From Ginglymostoma cirratum (taxonomy: Eukaryota), in assembly GCA_024137785.1 (NCBI GenBank), contig JAHRHZ010000116.1:485421-549420 (forward strand): a stretch of 64,000 nt of DNA. The letters run 5' to 3'. Each line of letters starts with the position of its first letter. Position 1 is the stretch's first letter. The position numbers were made by a program, and so were the translations under genes. The notes beneath the pieces were generated by a model that was not told the origin of the DNA, did not search any database, and was given only the letters and a program-made list of their open reading frames with translations. This document shows, piece by piece, positions 25,838 to 38,522 of this stretch.

Positions 25838-26247
25838 AGAGATAAAAGGTACTGCAGATGCTGGAGAATCCGAGATAACAAGGTGTGAGGCTGGATGAAC
25901 ACAGTAGGCCAAGCAGCATCATAGCAGCAGGAAAGCTTGACGTTTCGGGACTCGATCCTTCATCAGAAAATCTGGTCGAGCAGTTTCAGGGCCGGAGAGA
26001 TTATGAGAGAGTTGCAGTGGGAGAGAGATTCCCTGAAGTTTGTCCGGAGGGAGGAGGGTAACTTCTTCAAGGTAGGCATCCTTAGAAGAGGCTTCGCAGT
26101 GGTGTTAAAATTGTATCAGAGATAAAAGGTACTGCAGATGCTGGAGAATCCGAGATAACAAGGTGTGGGACTGGATGAACACAGCCGGCCAAGCAGCATC
26201 ATAGAAGCAGGAAAGCTTGACGTTTCGGGCCTAGACCCTTCATCAGA
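25838..26247 (-). mobile_element. Tandem Penelope terminal repeats (25838-25970, 26117-26247) flanking about 145 bp of internal sequence
   Basis: Two near-identical direct repeats beginning cagagataaaaggtactgcagatgctggag, each ending in a hammerhead core on the minus strand. Confidence 0.85.
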
Positions 26248-26279
26248 GTTCACCTAATCAGGGTTCAACAAGGGTTTAC

Positions 26280-26835
26280 CCTTGTTCTGTTCACTATTAC
26301 CAGAAGCATACCCCTCAGCAGAGAGCTGAATAAACTTCTTTACTTCGGGAAATTTTAGGATTTGAAATGCGCTGCCTCTGAGAGTGTTGTTGACAACTTC
26401 ATAGAAGTTTTGAAAAGAAAGGTGGATATATATTTGAAAGTGAGGAATTTAGATGGTTGAGGAGACAGGATGAGGTCGAGGACGAACTAGACAGCTCTTT
26501 CAGGGCCCTGTAAAAACAAGATCGGCTACATCTCCTCTTTCGGTACTGTAAAATTTTATCATTCCATGCTTCTACCTGCAACATGTTTAATCACGCCATT
26601 ACCCTTCTATTGCCCTCTGCACACTCTTTGTGTCAACCGTGCATCGCACCTTCCCACATAATATCGTGTCATCTAAAATTTGGTGGCAATACATTCCCTT
26701 TTCTCATTCAAATCATTATTATATATTGTAATTAAATGTGAACCGAACACCTATCGCTGTGTCACGACATTTGTCAAAGTTTGCCATTCCGAAAGCAACC
26801 TCACCCTCTGTCCCTATGTTTCTGTCTTCAAACGC
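26280..26835. mobile_element. Decayed CR1 fragments
   Basis: Minus strand 26640-26830 resembles the SGVPQG..LG...IY.NDL...KF.DDT region. Plus strand 26370-26560 resembles a CR1 3' end. Confidence 0.5.
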
Positions 26836-27958
26836 TTAGGAAATTCTTCACCCAACGAGAGACAATGGCCTAGTGGTATTCTAAGCCTGCCATGGCAGAT
26901 GGTGAAGTATGAATTTGAAATATGAATGGTGAAGTATGAAGTATGAATCCTTTAAAAAAAAAAAACTGGAATTAAGAGTCTAATGATAATCATGAAATCA
27001 AGATGTTTATCTGGCTGGCATTCTGTTGATTGACAATTTCGAAGCAAAATCTCCACCATATCACCAGAACGAAGGGCTGTCCACGCATTAGACAGAGATG
27101 AGTGGTACGGGCTTAGTCTCAGTGTCAGTTCGTGTTAGAGCACAGGAGTTGAGAAAGAGAGTAATTTATGTTAAAGTCACTCAGAACAGAATTTGAAGCC
27201 AATTTGATTGTGCTACTCTGCATCACAAACCAGTCGTCCAGCACGCCTAGCTACCTGCAACTCCCATGCACACAAACACGCACATATACACAAGTATACA
27301 TAATAATACAGAAACTTGGTTGGAGTAGTAAAGCTGTGAAGATCCTGGTACCTGATATAACTATTGCGCTATCAATATGATATACAGTTAGCTCTGGTCT
27401 GCAGCAAACTATGAACTGTGAAATAGTTAGACACCAATGAAGAAGTCTTGGGCTAATCTATCAGAATGACAGAAGCCGTGACAGAATCCAATGAAGTGCG
27501 CTGCAAGGAACCAACTTGTGGAGACCGTTTTGTTTTACATGGAGTAGAGACAAACAGCAATGTGTGCCCAGACATCTCGGGAATGATGCACACAGACAAC
27601 GTATGGGCACTGATGAATTGGGTAACTCAAATATTGCAGTAAACTAAGGAAATGGGGCTGAAAAGACAGCACGTTGAGGATACAACTACTGGGAATCTAT
27701 GAACTTGTTTCCAATGCGTGAATACATATCAGAGGATCGTGGCTTGTTTAAATGACAGTAACATTAACCCAACTCGTTGTGTGTCAATTCACTAATTATC
27801 AGCTCTCCTCTTCACCCCGCCCCACCCCATAGCATTACCGCTGAAACAAGGCAGTGAGGTGGGAACATCCAGAGACAGAAAGAGTACATTGAGGGCGGCG
27901 TTTATAGAATGGGTATCTTCAAATATACGACTTTCTTGTTGCACCGAGGACAGCAGCA

Positions 27959-28412
27959 ATGCAGCTACTCAGCATCTGAATTGCGTGTGGAGAATTTCAA
28001 ACAGGTAAATTTAGGGGCAATAAACTTCACATTGTTTTTACAAATCATATTTAAAATTGACACCAGATTGACATTTTAGAATTGATACCTCTTTTTCCTT
28101 TCAGATTTGATTCATTGCGATTCTGTCACTCAGCCAGTCTTCTCAGATCTTCGGATAGAAGCAGAGGCAGTGACTCTCTTCTATACCTCTGATACTGCAT
28201 TGAGCAGATATGCATTGCTCTGGTGCCAACAGCACCCAAAACACATAACCTGAGTATACTTTTTGGAAGATACTGAAGGTGATGAGTAAACAGAAACTTT
28301 TGCTGACTATCGTTTCTCTGCAAACTTGAGATCTCCAAGAAATTCACCAGTTTGACTATCACAGGACGAGAACTGACTGACGCTGCTGTGTATTTCTGCA
28401 CTTTATTAGACA
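27959..28412 (+). pseudogene. TCR V pseudogene (family A)
   Basis: Leader 27959-28004 MQLLSI*IACGEFQT-G/gtaaat and acceptor tttcag. Exon from 28105: DLIHCDSVTQPVFSDLRIEAEAVTLFYTSDTALSRYALLWCQQHP...RFSA...KKFTSLTITGRELTDAAVYFCTLL. First Cys lost; frameshifts and stops. Confidence 0.92.
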
Positions 28413-28451
28413 TACAGGGATGAGAAACGTTCTCATCCCTACACAAAAACT
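28413..28451 (+). other. Damaged 23-RSS
   Basis: TACAGGG, 23-bp spacer, ACAAAAACT. Confidence 0.8.
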
Positions 28452-30049
28452 GCCTTAGGAAGGTATTTGGGACTCCATCAGTGGCGTTTACGCTAAGTCC
28501 AGGAGAACTACAAAGTGCAGTCAGGAGCTCAAAATCATACCGAAAGAAAACCAAAGTAACCTCGGATCAACCTGTCAAGCAACTGTTTCCTGGCACTGTT
28601 GGACAAATAAAAACTCTAGTCTCCGAGCACACTCACAAGTACAGAACAGAATCATCTGTGAGCACACCTGTTCTCATCCCCACCCACAACAAATTTTTGA
28701 AGCGAGATTTGTGGACAGTGACCCGAATTTCAATAAACAGATACAACCCAAATAATCAGTTTGAATTTATTATGAATTGTTCCACTCCTGAAATACCGGT
28801 AAAGTGAGAATGAAAGCGTAGTCTGTTAATTATCAGCATCAAACGAAAGAGTTAATAACATATTCTCTCACGGAAGACAGCACGAATTAAAACAGACATT
28901 GAGAGAATACAAAATTGCACCTGTTTTCAGAAATGTTCTCTGAAATTGTCAAATTTGCCCAGTATGTTCAAGCCATCCATGATGCAGAAACTCACTCTGG
29001 GCAAATACATCCTTTATGACTAACTGAGGCTTTGAATCTGGGATACTGACACTGGTGATTGAGAAAGAGCTGCTTAAATTGACAGGCAGTAAAACATCGG
29101 TAAACACAATGGGAGAAAGTAGATGGCGTGGCTGAATTCACTGAAGGGTGCTGAATATAAGCAGGAGACCGAGATATATAGACAATTTAAGGATATATTA
29201 TAGGGGGAGAAGTAGACCAGTGGATCTATTGAGATTGCTATGCCGTAATAAAACGTCACCAGTGAACTATTTCCGTTCAGTTTGAAACCCGAGGTGTGAG
29301 AGACTGGAATATTTTCAGAGTTGACGCTTTAGCATTTAAACAGATTGTTAATTGCTGATTCAAAGAAGTTCCAGGATGCCTCTGTACCTATTAAATTGGA
29401 GAATAAATTATTCCTCAAGCATTTGGAAGCAGACTTGATGAGTTACTGCAGTGCTGCTTATGGCACATTGTCGTCTGCAGCTTCTCATCCCGCTGGTCAG
29501 GAAATATTTCCTTCAGCTGTCTCGACGTTTCAAATAAATATGATCATTTTATTAAGGGCAATGAGGAGGTTCTTGCAGTTTCTACGTCTACTGCACGCAG
29601 ATAGCCAAGTGAGCAGATTCCCATCACATTTACAAATTGTGCATGCTATAGTTTGAGCGGAGATTGCCAAAACAGCCCTCATGCCATAATGCAACCCTTT
29701 CAAATAATCACGGCAAATTTAATACATTCCTTACGCCTCTGTCATTCCAGATAGAGGACCTATTAGAAAAATTAGCATCCAATGAGTTACACTAGATTAA
29801 AGTCACTGTTGCGATGTCAGAAATGAGACAACAAGCTGAACACAGCAAATGTATGCAAAGACAGAAATATCATAGGGACAAAAAAATTTGCATGGACATC
29901 ATTAATGCACACGGTTTGTTCGGCCTCGTGTATATAGTGAGACAAAGAAACAGAAACAGGGTGAGAGAAGGGGAGACTGGATCCACTCTAGGATGCTGAA
30001 AATAATCAGCAGGCTGAAATAGATAGAGCATACGACTATAAATAACGGG

Positions 30050-30420
30050 CAGGACATGGTCAATTGGCCCGTTGAGACTGCTATGCCATTCAATGAGATG
30101 ATGACTGTGATCTGATCATTCCTAACCAAAGTGTTTTTTTTAGTTTCTGTTTTCCTTTTTCCCTATAATCAATGAATATACTTAATGACCCAGCATTCAT
30201 AGCCCTCGATTGTAAAGAATTCCACACCATCTAAGAAACTAAGTTCCTGCTTATGTCTGACATAACTGAATAATAGATCAAACTCTGGTTGTATCCTCGC
30301 CCAAGAGGGGAAACATTTTCTCTGCATTTACATGGTAAAGCCCCCGCAAAATTTTGCATGTTTCATTAAGGTCGCATCTCAGTCTTCTAAATTTCAAAGA
30401 AAAATAGCTCAATGTACACA
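30050..30420 (-). mobile_element. Decayed CR1 3' end
   Basis: Resembles the CR1 3' end at 47480-47920. Confidence 0.55.
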
Positions 30421-31339
30421 TTCTCTCTCATAACAAAGTCCCTCTGCACCCGAGTTAACATTCTTGGTGCTGCGTCCAATCTTAGGAGTGACGTGCATAG
30501 TACAAGCAACAATTCCCTTCTTTTGTCCTCCATTCTGCGTGATTTCACTCATCCTAATCCCCTATCCTACTCAGAGCGCACCCAAAGATCTATCAGTTCC
30601 TGGAACCTCCCATACTCTCCGTTGGAGTAATAGAATTGATACAACTCCAGCATAATTTGGGGCAGATCATTTCTTACCATAATAATTTGCTCCTAAAATA
30701 AACTGTCCCCATGTCTCCTCTGATTCCTTTGCAATATAGTTTTATCCCGTGATAGGCCAGCATAATAGGAAGTTTGGTAAATATTAATAGGATTGGACAG
30801 CGCCAGTTTAGGCTTATGAAATGCAAATGGTGTTAACCAAAGTCTATGTAAATGTACCTTGTAGAATAGACAAGCTGTGACGACATTTTGGTGAATTTGA
30901 ATATTCTGAAAACATTTGGTAAACTCCTGCATAAAATGATAGCGGGAAACAGTCAACCAATGGCGATTGGGATAATTTATTGTCATGTATCTAAAATTAG
31001 TTGACAGGCAGGAATCCCGGTGTTCACAATGAAATGGTGTTGCCGTCCAGCCCAATGATGAAGAGCAGAATCTCATGCATGTACATCAGACTTCGACTGC
31101 AGACAGCCAATAACTTGTGTCCTCAAACCGAATCCCTCTTCTGTTGATTCCTAAACTTTTGTGACTGACGATCAGAATCCAACATTCCACTGACATGCTT
31201 TCTCTACGAGTGGCTGGAAGATAGTCTCTCGTTTTTAATACATCCTCAGGAGACTTGGAGTCACCAAAGTCATTTGCTCTCCTATTTGCTTTCTCAAGCA
31301 GTGTGTCATTCCAATTCTTGTTTTCTCTTCGCAAATATA

Positions 31340-31707
31340 ATGAAATTTTCAGTTTCTGTTTTCATCATCTTCTCAGGGAGAGCTACACAAACTGGAATCA
31401 CGCCAGTTTAAGGAATACTGCTTTGGTTATTCGGTATCAAGTCGGAGGTGATCTTGACTCAACTAGATACTGTGAGACTAACGTTTGGGTTTGACACAGG
31501 CAGATATCACATTTACTGGTGCCAGGAAAGTCCCACGAAGGGTCTGCAATAACTAATCTAGTACTTTAGTGAATAGGGCATGAATTTAAATCGCGAGGCT
31601 GGAACACGAGTTGCTGCTTGCAAAGTCCTTTCAAGAAATATCTTCACTTTGGCTATATCAGGCCATTCAGGATGTAAGACAGCCTGACAACATATTGTGC
31701 ATAATGG
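31340..31707 (+). pseudogene. IgH-like V pseudogene (TAILV or IgHV candidate)
   Basis: Leader-like MKFSVSVFIIFS-G at 31340-31376. One frame from 31434 reads GIKSEVILTQLDTVRLTFGFDTGRYHIYWCQESPTKGLQ*LI*YFSE*GMNLNREAGTRVAACKVLSRNIFTLAISG, then frameshifted TYCA and heptamer-like CACATGG at 31708-31714. Confidence 0.72.
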
Positions 31708-31859
31708 CACATGGGATAGAACGATTACATTCTCAAAGTATTGTTTTCTTGCTCTCTCTTGGCCACATAATGGTCCTGGTTTCCTGATTTAACAACTCGC
31801 TGCATAAATGTCCATGTCCTCAAGCCGACTGTCTTATTTAGGTACAATCATAAGGCCTT

Positions 31860-32470
31860 CAGAACATAAAGACTGAAGCACAAGTAGTCCATTCAGTCCA
31901 TCGAGAGCCTTGCACCACGATATATTATCACGGTTGATCTGATGATCGTCAACACCACTTTACTGCCTTTTCCCCATGAACATTCACCCCATATTAATTA
32001 GAAGTTTTCCCTCAATCTGTCTTGAAGATGCTTATCGACTCAGCTCTCTGAAGTTAAAAATTTCACAGGTTTATTTCCGGTCGATGGAAGAAATTATTTT
32101 TCATTTTTGTCGTAGAAGTGAGATAACTTATTCTGAGATTATGATTTCTGGTCCGAGACTCTTCCTCAAGGGAAATAAATTCCTTATACCTGTATTGTCA
32201 TAGATAATGAATTGTCACAATATTTGCTCCTCTGCTGCCTACTGAATTTTTTGTGGAGTATTGAATACACACTTCTGGTTTTAATAGTGCTCTTGTTTTA
32301 TTCCTAAACTTTACCCACAAGATACCATTTGAAGAACTTTCCATGGTATTGTCCATCCCTACAACAGTAACTCACTACTTCATTAATAATGCGACGCCAC
32401 ATCCTATTTTGCGCAGTTCCCTGTATAGCCTGAAGATTCTATACCCCATTTATTTCTGTCCTGCCCATCC
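31860..32470 (-). mobile_element. Decayed CR1 fragments
   Basis: A 3'-end-like segment from 31860 and an endonuclease-like segment near 32300-32470. Confidence 0.5.
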
Positions 32471-33799
32471 CCCTACCTTGTTTCTCTGACGGAAACAATT
32501 ACTGAAGCCGACAAATTCATGCACGTGCTCATTGAAGGAATAAGGAAAACGTATTCAGCAGGAAATGACAGAGATGCTGAGAGAGCACAAAATACTCTCC
32601 ACATCCTACATCGTCGGGTCACATAACATGAAAAAGGCGTAGTAATCAGATGAGAGGCAGATGTACAGTAGAAGTTAGTGAGATGTGAGTTGAAATGCCA
32701 GGCAGATAGTTGTAAACACATTGAGGAGTGTTAAACTCAGAAACGAAGAGAGCAAATTGGAGAGGGATGTGGAGAGATAAATAGGAAACAGATGGAAAAG
32801 TCACAGTGCACACAGAAGGAGAAAGTAGGGGATACATCCAAGGAGTTCGAGACTTGCACGTTTGAAAACCTCTTTATATATCGAACAAGAATTCAAAACT
32901 ATTGCTTAAGTCCGTAGCCATTGGGAATTTATGAATTCTGTAAATATCGATTCATAGCTTTGAGTGTGACCAGTGTATGGAAGTCTCTTTTAAAATGATT
33001 TGCTGTTATGAATTAATTGGCTTTTTTGTATTGATTAGGGCTGGCTAAGTCGCATTCGTACCTGAATGCCAATCATGGAATCCGTCCAAAGAACGTTTAA
33101 TAAATCCTAGAGTCATCTATGAGATAAAGAGTATAAATCAGGTAAGGTTTCTCATAAAATGTGAATAATAGTTCCATTCATAAGTATGATGAGTTACCCT
33201 TAGATTATTATCTGATTTCCATCAGAAAAAATGAACGACATTGACTTTGTGCAATCGTAAAATCAACCTTACATGTGATGTTCTTCTTCACTTGTCTATC
33301 CATATTAATCATCATCAGATGGATTATAACCGTTGAAGAAGGCATTTCACCAGCCACGTCTACAGGGTACTTCAGAGCGGGAAACATATTCTCATCTTAA
33401 CGTTGACACTGAAATCACTTGAAATAAAAATTCACTTGACACATGAATGTGAAAAGTCCACACTTTCCTGATACAAAAACAAACACGCAAATGGATTATG
33501 CAGAAAAAGAAATAGCAAACTACTTTGAAAGAAACCACCGTGCTTCAAGTTGTGACTTGAAAAGCATTCTTTGTCAATGTGGAAGCATTCCCTGATAACG
33601 ATCAAGATGGCATAATAGTTTAGAAGGATTCTATTTGCTGCCTGCTACAACAGTACCTGCTCGAGACATGAAAAAGTGAAGTTATCACAGCCTGAGAAAC
33701 GACACCAGGTGGCTGATTACGGGATTGTGAATGCGTTTATTCAAAATTTCCATCATTATTTTATTTTGTTTTGTTTTACGACTTATTTATACAACAATG

Positions 33800-34310
33800 T
33801 GTCGCTGGTTGGGCCAACATTTATAATCTATCCATAGTTGCCCTTTGAGAAGGAGATGGTAAGTTGCCCTCGTGAAATGCTGCAAACCATTTATTGTAAT
33901 TTGACACACAACTCTGTTAGGGAATGACATCCGTATATTTGACACAGCAAAACTGGTGAACAAGCTGTAATGAGTCTAATGGTGAGTTTCATGCCAAAGT
34001 ATTCATAGTCGTTGAAATCCTCCTCGATGTGACAAGTTCACTTCAGTTTCTAGACAACAGTACCGCCCAGGATGTTGATAATGGGGACTTCAACAATGGT
34101 AGCTCCAGTGAATGGCCATGGTTGTTGGTTATATTGTATCTTAATGGAAAAGTTTGTTCCCTGGCATTCGTGTGCTGCAAATGCTATTCGTCATTTATCA
34201 GCCCAAACTTGGATATTACACACGTCTTATTGCGTATTGTCACGGACTCTACCAGCATCTGGCGAACGTGAGTAAAAACGCAAACACTTGTGGATCGCAT
34301 CGTGTGAGGA
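33800..34310 (-). mobile_element. Decayed LINE fragment
   Basis: Starts with the same tail as the second SINE family and continues into RT-like remnants. It occupies the expected leader position of the adjacent V. Confidence 0.45.
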
Positions 34311-34365
34311 TAATTGCTTAAAAGTTTCGGAAGCATGCATGATTTTAAATATCTTTTTTTTTCAG

Positions 34366-34655
34366 ATCTGATTCATGTGAATAATGTCATTCAGTTTTGT
34401 CCTCACCTGTTAATATGCAGGGGAAACTTCTCTCTAAAAGGTTCATTTATGCTTCAACATGGAACAGGTATTATCTATTCTGTTACCATCAACAAATTGT
34501 TACACGCTCAGATTGTTTTGTTTTACTGTGTAAGTACAGGTAATCAATAAATTGACGCTTCTAAAAACAGCATTCATCGAGACACTGTTTCTCTAAATAC
34601 CAGACTTCGAATAAATTCAACACTTCAAACAATTCAAGATTTCAGTTAACTGTAA
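34366..34655 (+). pseudogene. TCR V pseudogene (family A), 3' end lost
   Basis: Acceptor ttttttcag, then DLIHVNNVIQ, YASTWNRYYLFCYHQQ and QTSNKF...FQLT, collinear with the 28.1-kb copy. Confidence 0.7.
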
Positions 34656-34699
34656 TATAAAACCAGAAAGCAGAGAAATAGAACACAATCTCACAGCAT

Positions 34700-35925
34700 T
34701 AAAAAATATATATTCTGGACCATCTGTCAGATGCCCTGAATGGTGGCAGTTGCATACAGCCAGAAAGAGATACAACCAAATGTTGCTGAGGTGCAAAGTG
34801 AGAAAAAGGAAACCAAATTAACCTCAACGATATTGTCACCAAATTGCTTACATATGCTTCTGGAAAGAAAAACTGTAGAATGGAATTCAACCATCCATTT
34901 AGGAAGCCAAACAAAGCAAGGGTACACATAACAAAACTGAAGACTGTTGGACGTCGCAGAGAAAGTGAGAGACCTTGGATACCATATCACTCGAGATGGT
35001 AGAACGGATAGATGGAATAGGGAGAAGTAATATCGGATGCTTTCCATCAATATGTAACATATACATTTCAAAGAGTGGGATATAATTCTGGAAATGCATA
35101 GGTACCGGTTGGGCCATAGTTGAAATGTCGTGCACTGTTCTCTGGATAAATGTGAGGTGTGGCATTTTGGTAATACTAACAAGGTCAGGACATTTAAGTT
35201 CATTGTAGGGCTCTGGGTAATGTTGAAAAAAGCAGGCTGACTTGAGATTCAAGCACACAGTTCATCCAAATTTGCATCACAAATCTACAGGATGATTATG
35301 AAGGCGTTTAGCATGCCTCCCTTCATTGCATAGGCCTTTGAGTGTATGAGTTGGGACATTATGTTCAGGTTGTACAGGACGTTTGTAAGGCCTCTACGGA
35401 GTGGTGTGTGATGTTGTGGCCGTCATAACATAGGAAGGACATTATTAAATCAGAGTGGTTTCAGAAAAAAAATCACAGAAGTTATCGGGAATGGAGGATA
35501 TGAGATATAAGAATTGACTGTAAGCCTGGGACTTTTCTCCCTGGAGCAGAGGAGTTTGAGCGATGACCTTCTTGAATTTTATAAAATCATGAGGGCATAC
35601 ATAAGGTGATTGACATGGGTATTTTCGGTAGGGTGGGCGACTTCAAAACTAAGGTCATGTTTTCAATGTGAGAGGAGAAAGGATTTAAATGGTCATAAGG
35701 GTATTTCGTTTACATGGATTGGTTCGTGTGTGGAAGGAACTGAGAGAGAACTGGTAGCAAGTACAGTTGCAATGTTTAAACGACATTTGGATAAGTTCCG
35801 GAATAAGAAAGGCTTGAAGGGATGTGGGCCAGTTACAGTCAGGTAGCAACAGTTTAGTTTGGAAACATGGTCAGCATTGACTGAGCCATCTGAACGGTCT
35901 GTTTCCATGCTCGACAATTCTATGA
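34700..35925 (+). mobile_element. Decayed CR1 LINE, RT to 3' end
   Basis: DKCEVWHFGN.N and LYRT.VRP motifs, with a ttctatga tail. Confidence 0.75.
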
Positions 35926-37708
35926 ACCCTTTACAAGAAGCATATCAATACCTTAAGGAGAATTTAGAGTTATTTGCAATGTCTGTCTGTGCTAAAACAT
36001 ATAAATTATAGCAATGAGAAAAATGTGGTATGGCTGGAATTATTTTCATAAGTACCCATAAAGCTGGGTCCTGATTTAATTAAGGTGTAAAAAATGATGA
36101 GGCACTCGGAGACAATAGACAGGAAAGTTTTGAATCCTCTGAAGGAAATGTACATGAATAGGCGACACAGCTTTACAGTTATCAGAGGAAAGTTGAGAGG
36201 GGAAATTAGGGAAAACATTTTTACCGAGAGGGCAGTGATTATCTGCCAATTTTAGTGTTTGAGGTGGAACCCTTCGACTCATTAAACGAAAAGGAACCAT
36301 TCATTGAAATGAATTATCTTCATCAGTCTTCAGGCGGCTCACACTAACAATGAGCTTAGGTCATTTCTGATCATTTTAAATTAAGAAAAGGGAACGTGAA
36401 ATTAATGCCCATACTCGTGTCTCATTCTATTACCATTTTTGAAAATGAAATAACTGATGGGTTCTGACAGCAGATGAGACACAGCAGCAGAGAATTCTTG
36501 TCAAGTCCTTTCCTTGCAATCTGGTCTTTACTTCATATAACAACAAGACACTGAAAAAGAAGGTTCTTCATCATCAAGTACTGTCCAAATGAAAAGGAAA
36601 ATAATTTATTTAAAAAGAAAAACAACAGGAAACAACCAATAAACAGGGGCAATGAAAAGGCCGGTGTGAACTGAACATTTTAAACATACTGAATTGGAAC
36701 AGTTTTAATGTGCTCAAAAGATGTATTTGCTGAACGTAGCCATCATCTTTAACGTGGTAGGAACTTTATTGCTTGTTACAAAGTTTTAATTCTGACTCAT
36801 AATTGCTTGATTAGATTATTCTAACGGGGACAGGGCAAAATGAGACATGGCCTGTAGCAGACACTGTCACTTATCTCTATGCCATACAGAATTTGAGGAG
36901 AAAACCGTAAAGTTCTCTATAAAAATTCAAACTGGGTTACAATAATCGAAGAGTAGAGAGAACGAGGCGAAAATAAGGCGGGTATCAGACAATGATTCAA
37001 AATTGACACGAAATTAGAAGAGCTATAAGCATAGACCCGTGACAGGAATTCAAATAAGGAAAACATCGTAACAGAGATGGAAAAAAAAAGTAACTCGAGG
37101 AATAGATATGAATAAGTGGGAAATAATACAGTGCAAAAGAGACATTGAATATAAATTCAATTCAGAGGAACAAACAATAAGGAATGACGTAATTTTCAAA
37201 GCCCATTAACAGCAATCATATTTCCATCATTAGTAATTGCTTAGGCCTGTTATCACATCGCCTGAAGAAACAAGGTTTCTAAATGCCCACAGAGTAAAAT
37301 GATAGGCTCTCATTTATCCCGCCAGTTATGTTTGTCGCATATTTTCTCAATATTGTAATACAGTGCATTGCAGTAACCCCAACTCTAACCCTACTGCAAC
37401 TGAATCTTCATGTACAGAAATACTGAAATAAGGGAACAAAAAGGAAAATGGGACCTGTGAGTGGTGCTGCTGAAGAAGAAGCCGGGGCTGAATTGAAAAG
37501 CAACTTGTCTCCTATTCCTTTCCTTTCTTGACCATAAATACATCCTTAGTGGCTAAAATTTGAAGGAGATGATGTTGTGAAATTGCACCTAAATATCTCA
37601 ATGATAATGAGAAAATGAAAAAAAAGTGTTCGAATTGATGGAACACGCAATCGCTGACAGATGATAGAAAATGAAACATTGATCAGTTTCTGAGGATGGT
37701 GCTGCTTG

Positions 37709-37758
37709 TGTCTGTGCGTGCGTGTGTGTGTGTGTGTGTGCGTGTGTGTGTGTGTGTG
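37709..37758. repeat. (TG)n microsatellite
   Basis: Direct read. Confidence 0.9.
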
Positions 37759-38227
37759 CACGGGCGCATCTGTATGTGGATGTTGTAATCAAATATATTG
37801 TACCGCTTGGTCTCCTGCTGTGGTTAATAGAGAGCTGTTATCATGAGAGTTTGTTAATTGGGCCCTCCAATTCTGATACTCCAACAAAATCACTGTAATA
37901 CTTCTCCGTCTTTTCGACATATTTGAACAATTAATGTGTTATCATTGTTATATCTGTCCAATGCCCGTCGTCAAATGAACAATTTCACCTTGCTCTTTTT
38001 TTCGTTGTATCCACAGTAAAAAATACGACAGCAGAGCTGAGGTGAGCTCTTTGATTCAATTGACGATCATATTATCCGGCACGGCACGCCTTCTTTAAGA
38101 ACTAACCAATGAGCAGAGACCAAAATGTCATTCAACCTCTTCCCGGCTTATGCTGAAAGGAATTTCAGCTTTGAATTGTTCTGATAACTTTCACAATGAC
38201 CTTTATGCAAGAAGGCCGCTTAATAAC

Positions 38228-38522
38228 TTAGAATCACTACAGTGTGGAAACAGGCCCTTTGGCCCAACAAGTCCACGGTGACCCTCATAGCATCCTACCC
38301 AGCCCCATTGCCCTATAACCCACTCATCCCTGAGCACTATGGGCAATTTAGCATGGCCAATACACCTAGCCTGCACATCTTTGGAATGTGGGAGTAAATT
38401 GGAGCACCCGTAGGAAACCCATGCAGACATGGGGAGAATATGCAAACTCCACACACACAATTGCCCAAGAGTGTAACCAGACCCAGGACCCTAGAGCTGT
38501 GAGGCAGCAGTGCTAACCACTG
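38228..38522 (-). mobile_element. HE1/V-SINE-like SINE
   Basis: Reverse complement of the 6514-6860 family (cagtggttagcactgctgcctcacagc...). Confidence 0.88.

Noticed and set aside
25222-26247. CRISPR-like or prokaryotic repeat system
   Set aside because: The repeats are Penelope termini in vertebrate DNA, with no regular repeat-spacer period and no cas genes.
29345-29500. LEADLMSYC followed by CACATTG as a V end
   Set aside because: No nonamer at 12 or 23 bp and no recognisable FR1 or FR2.
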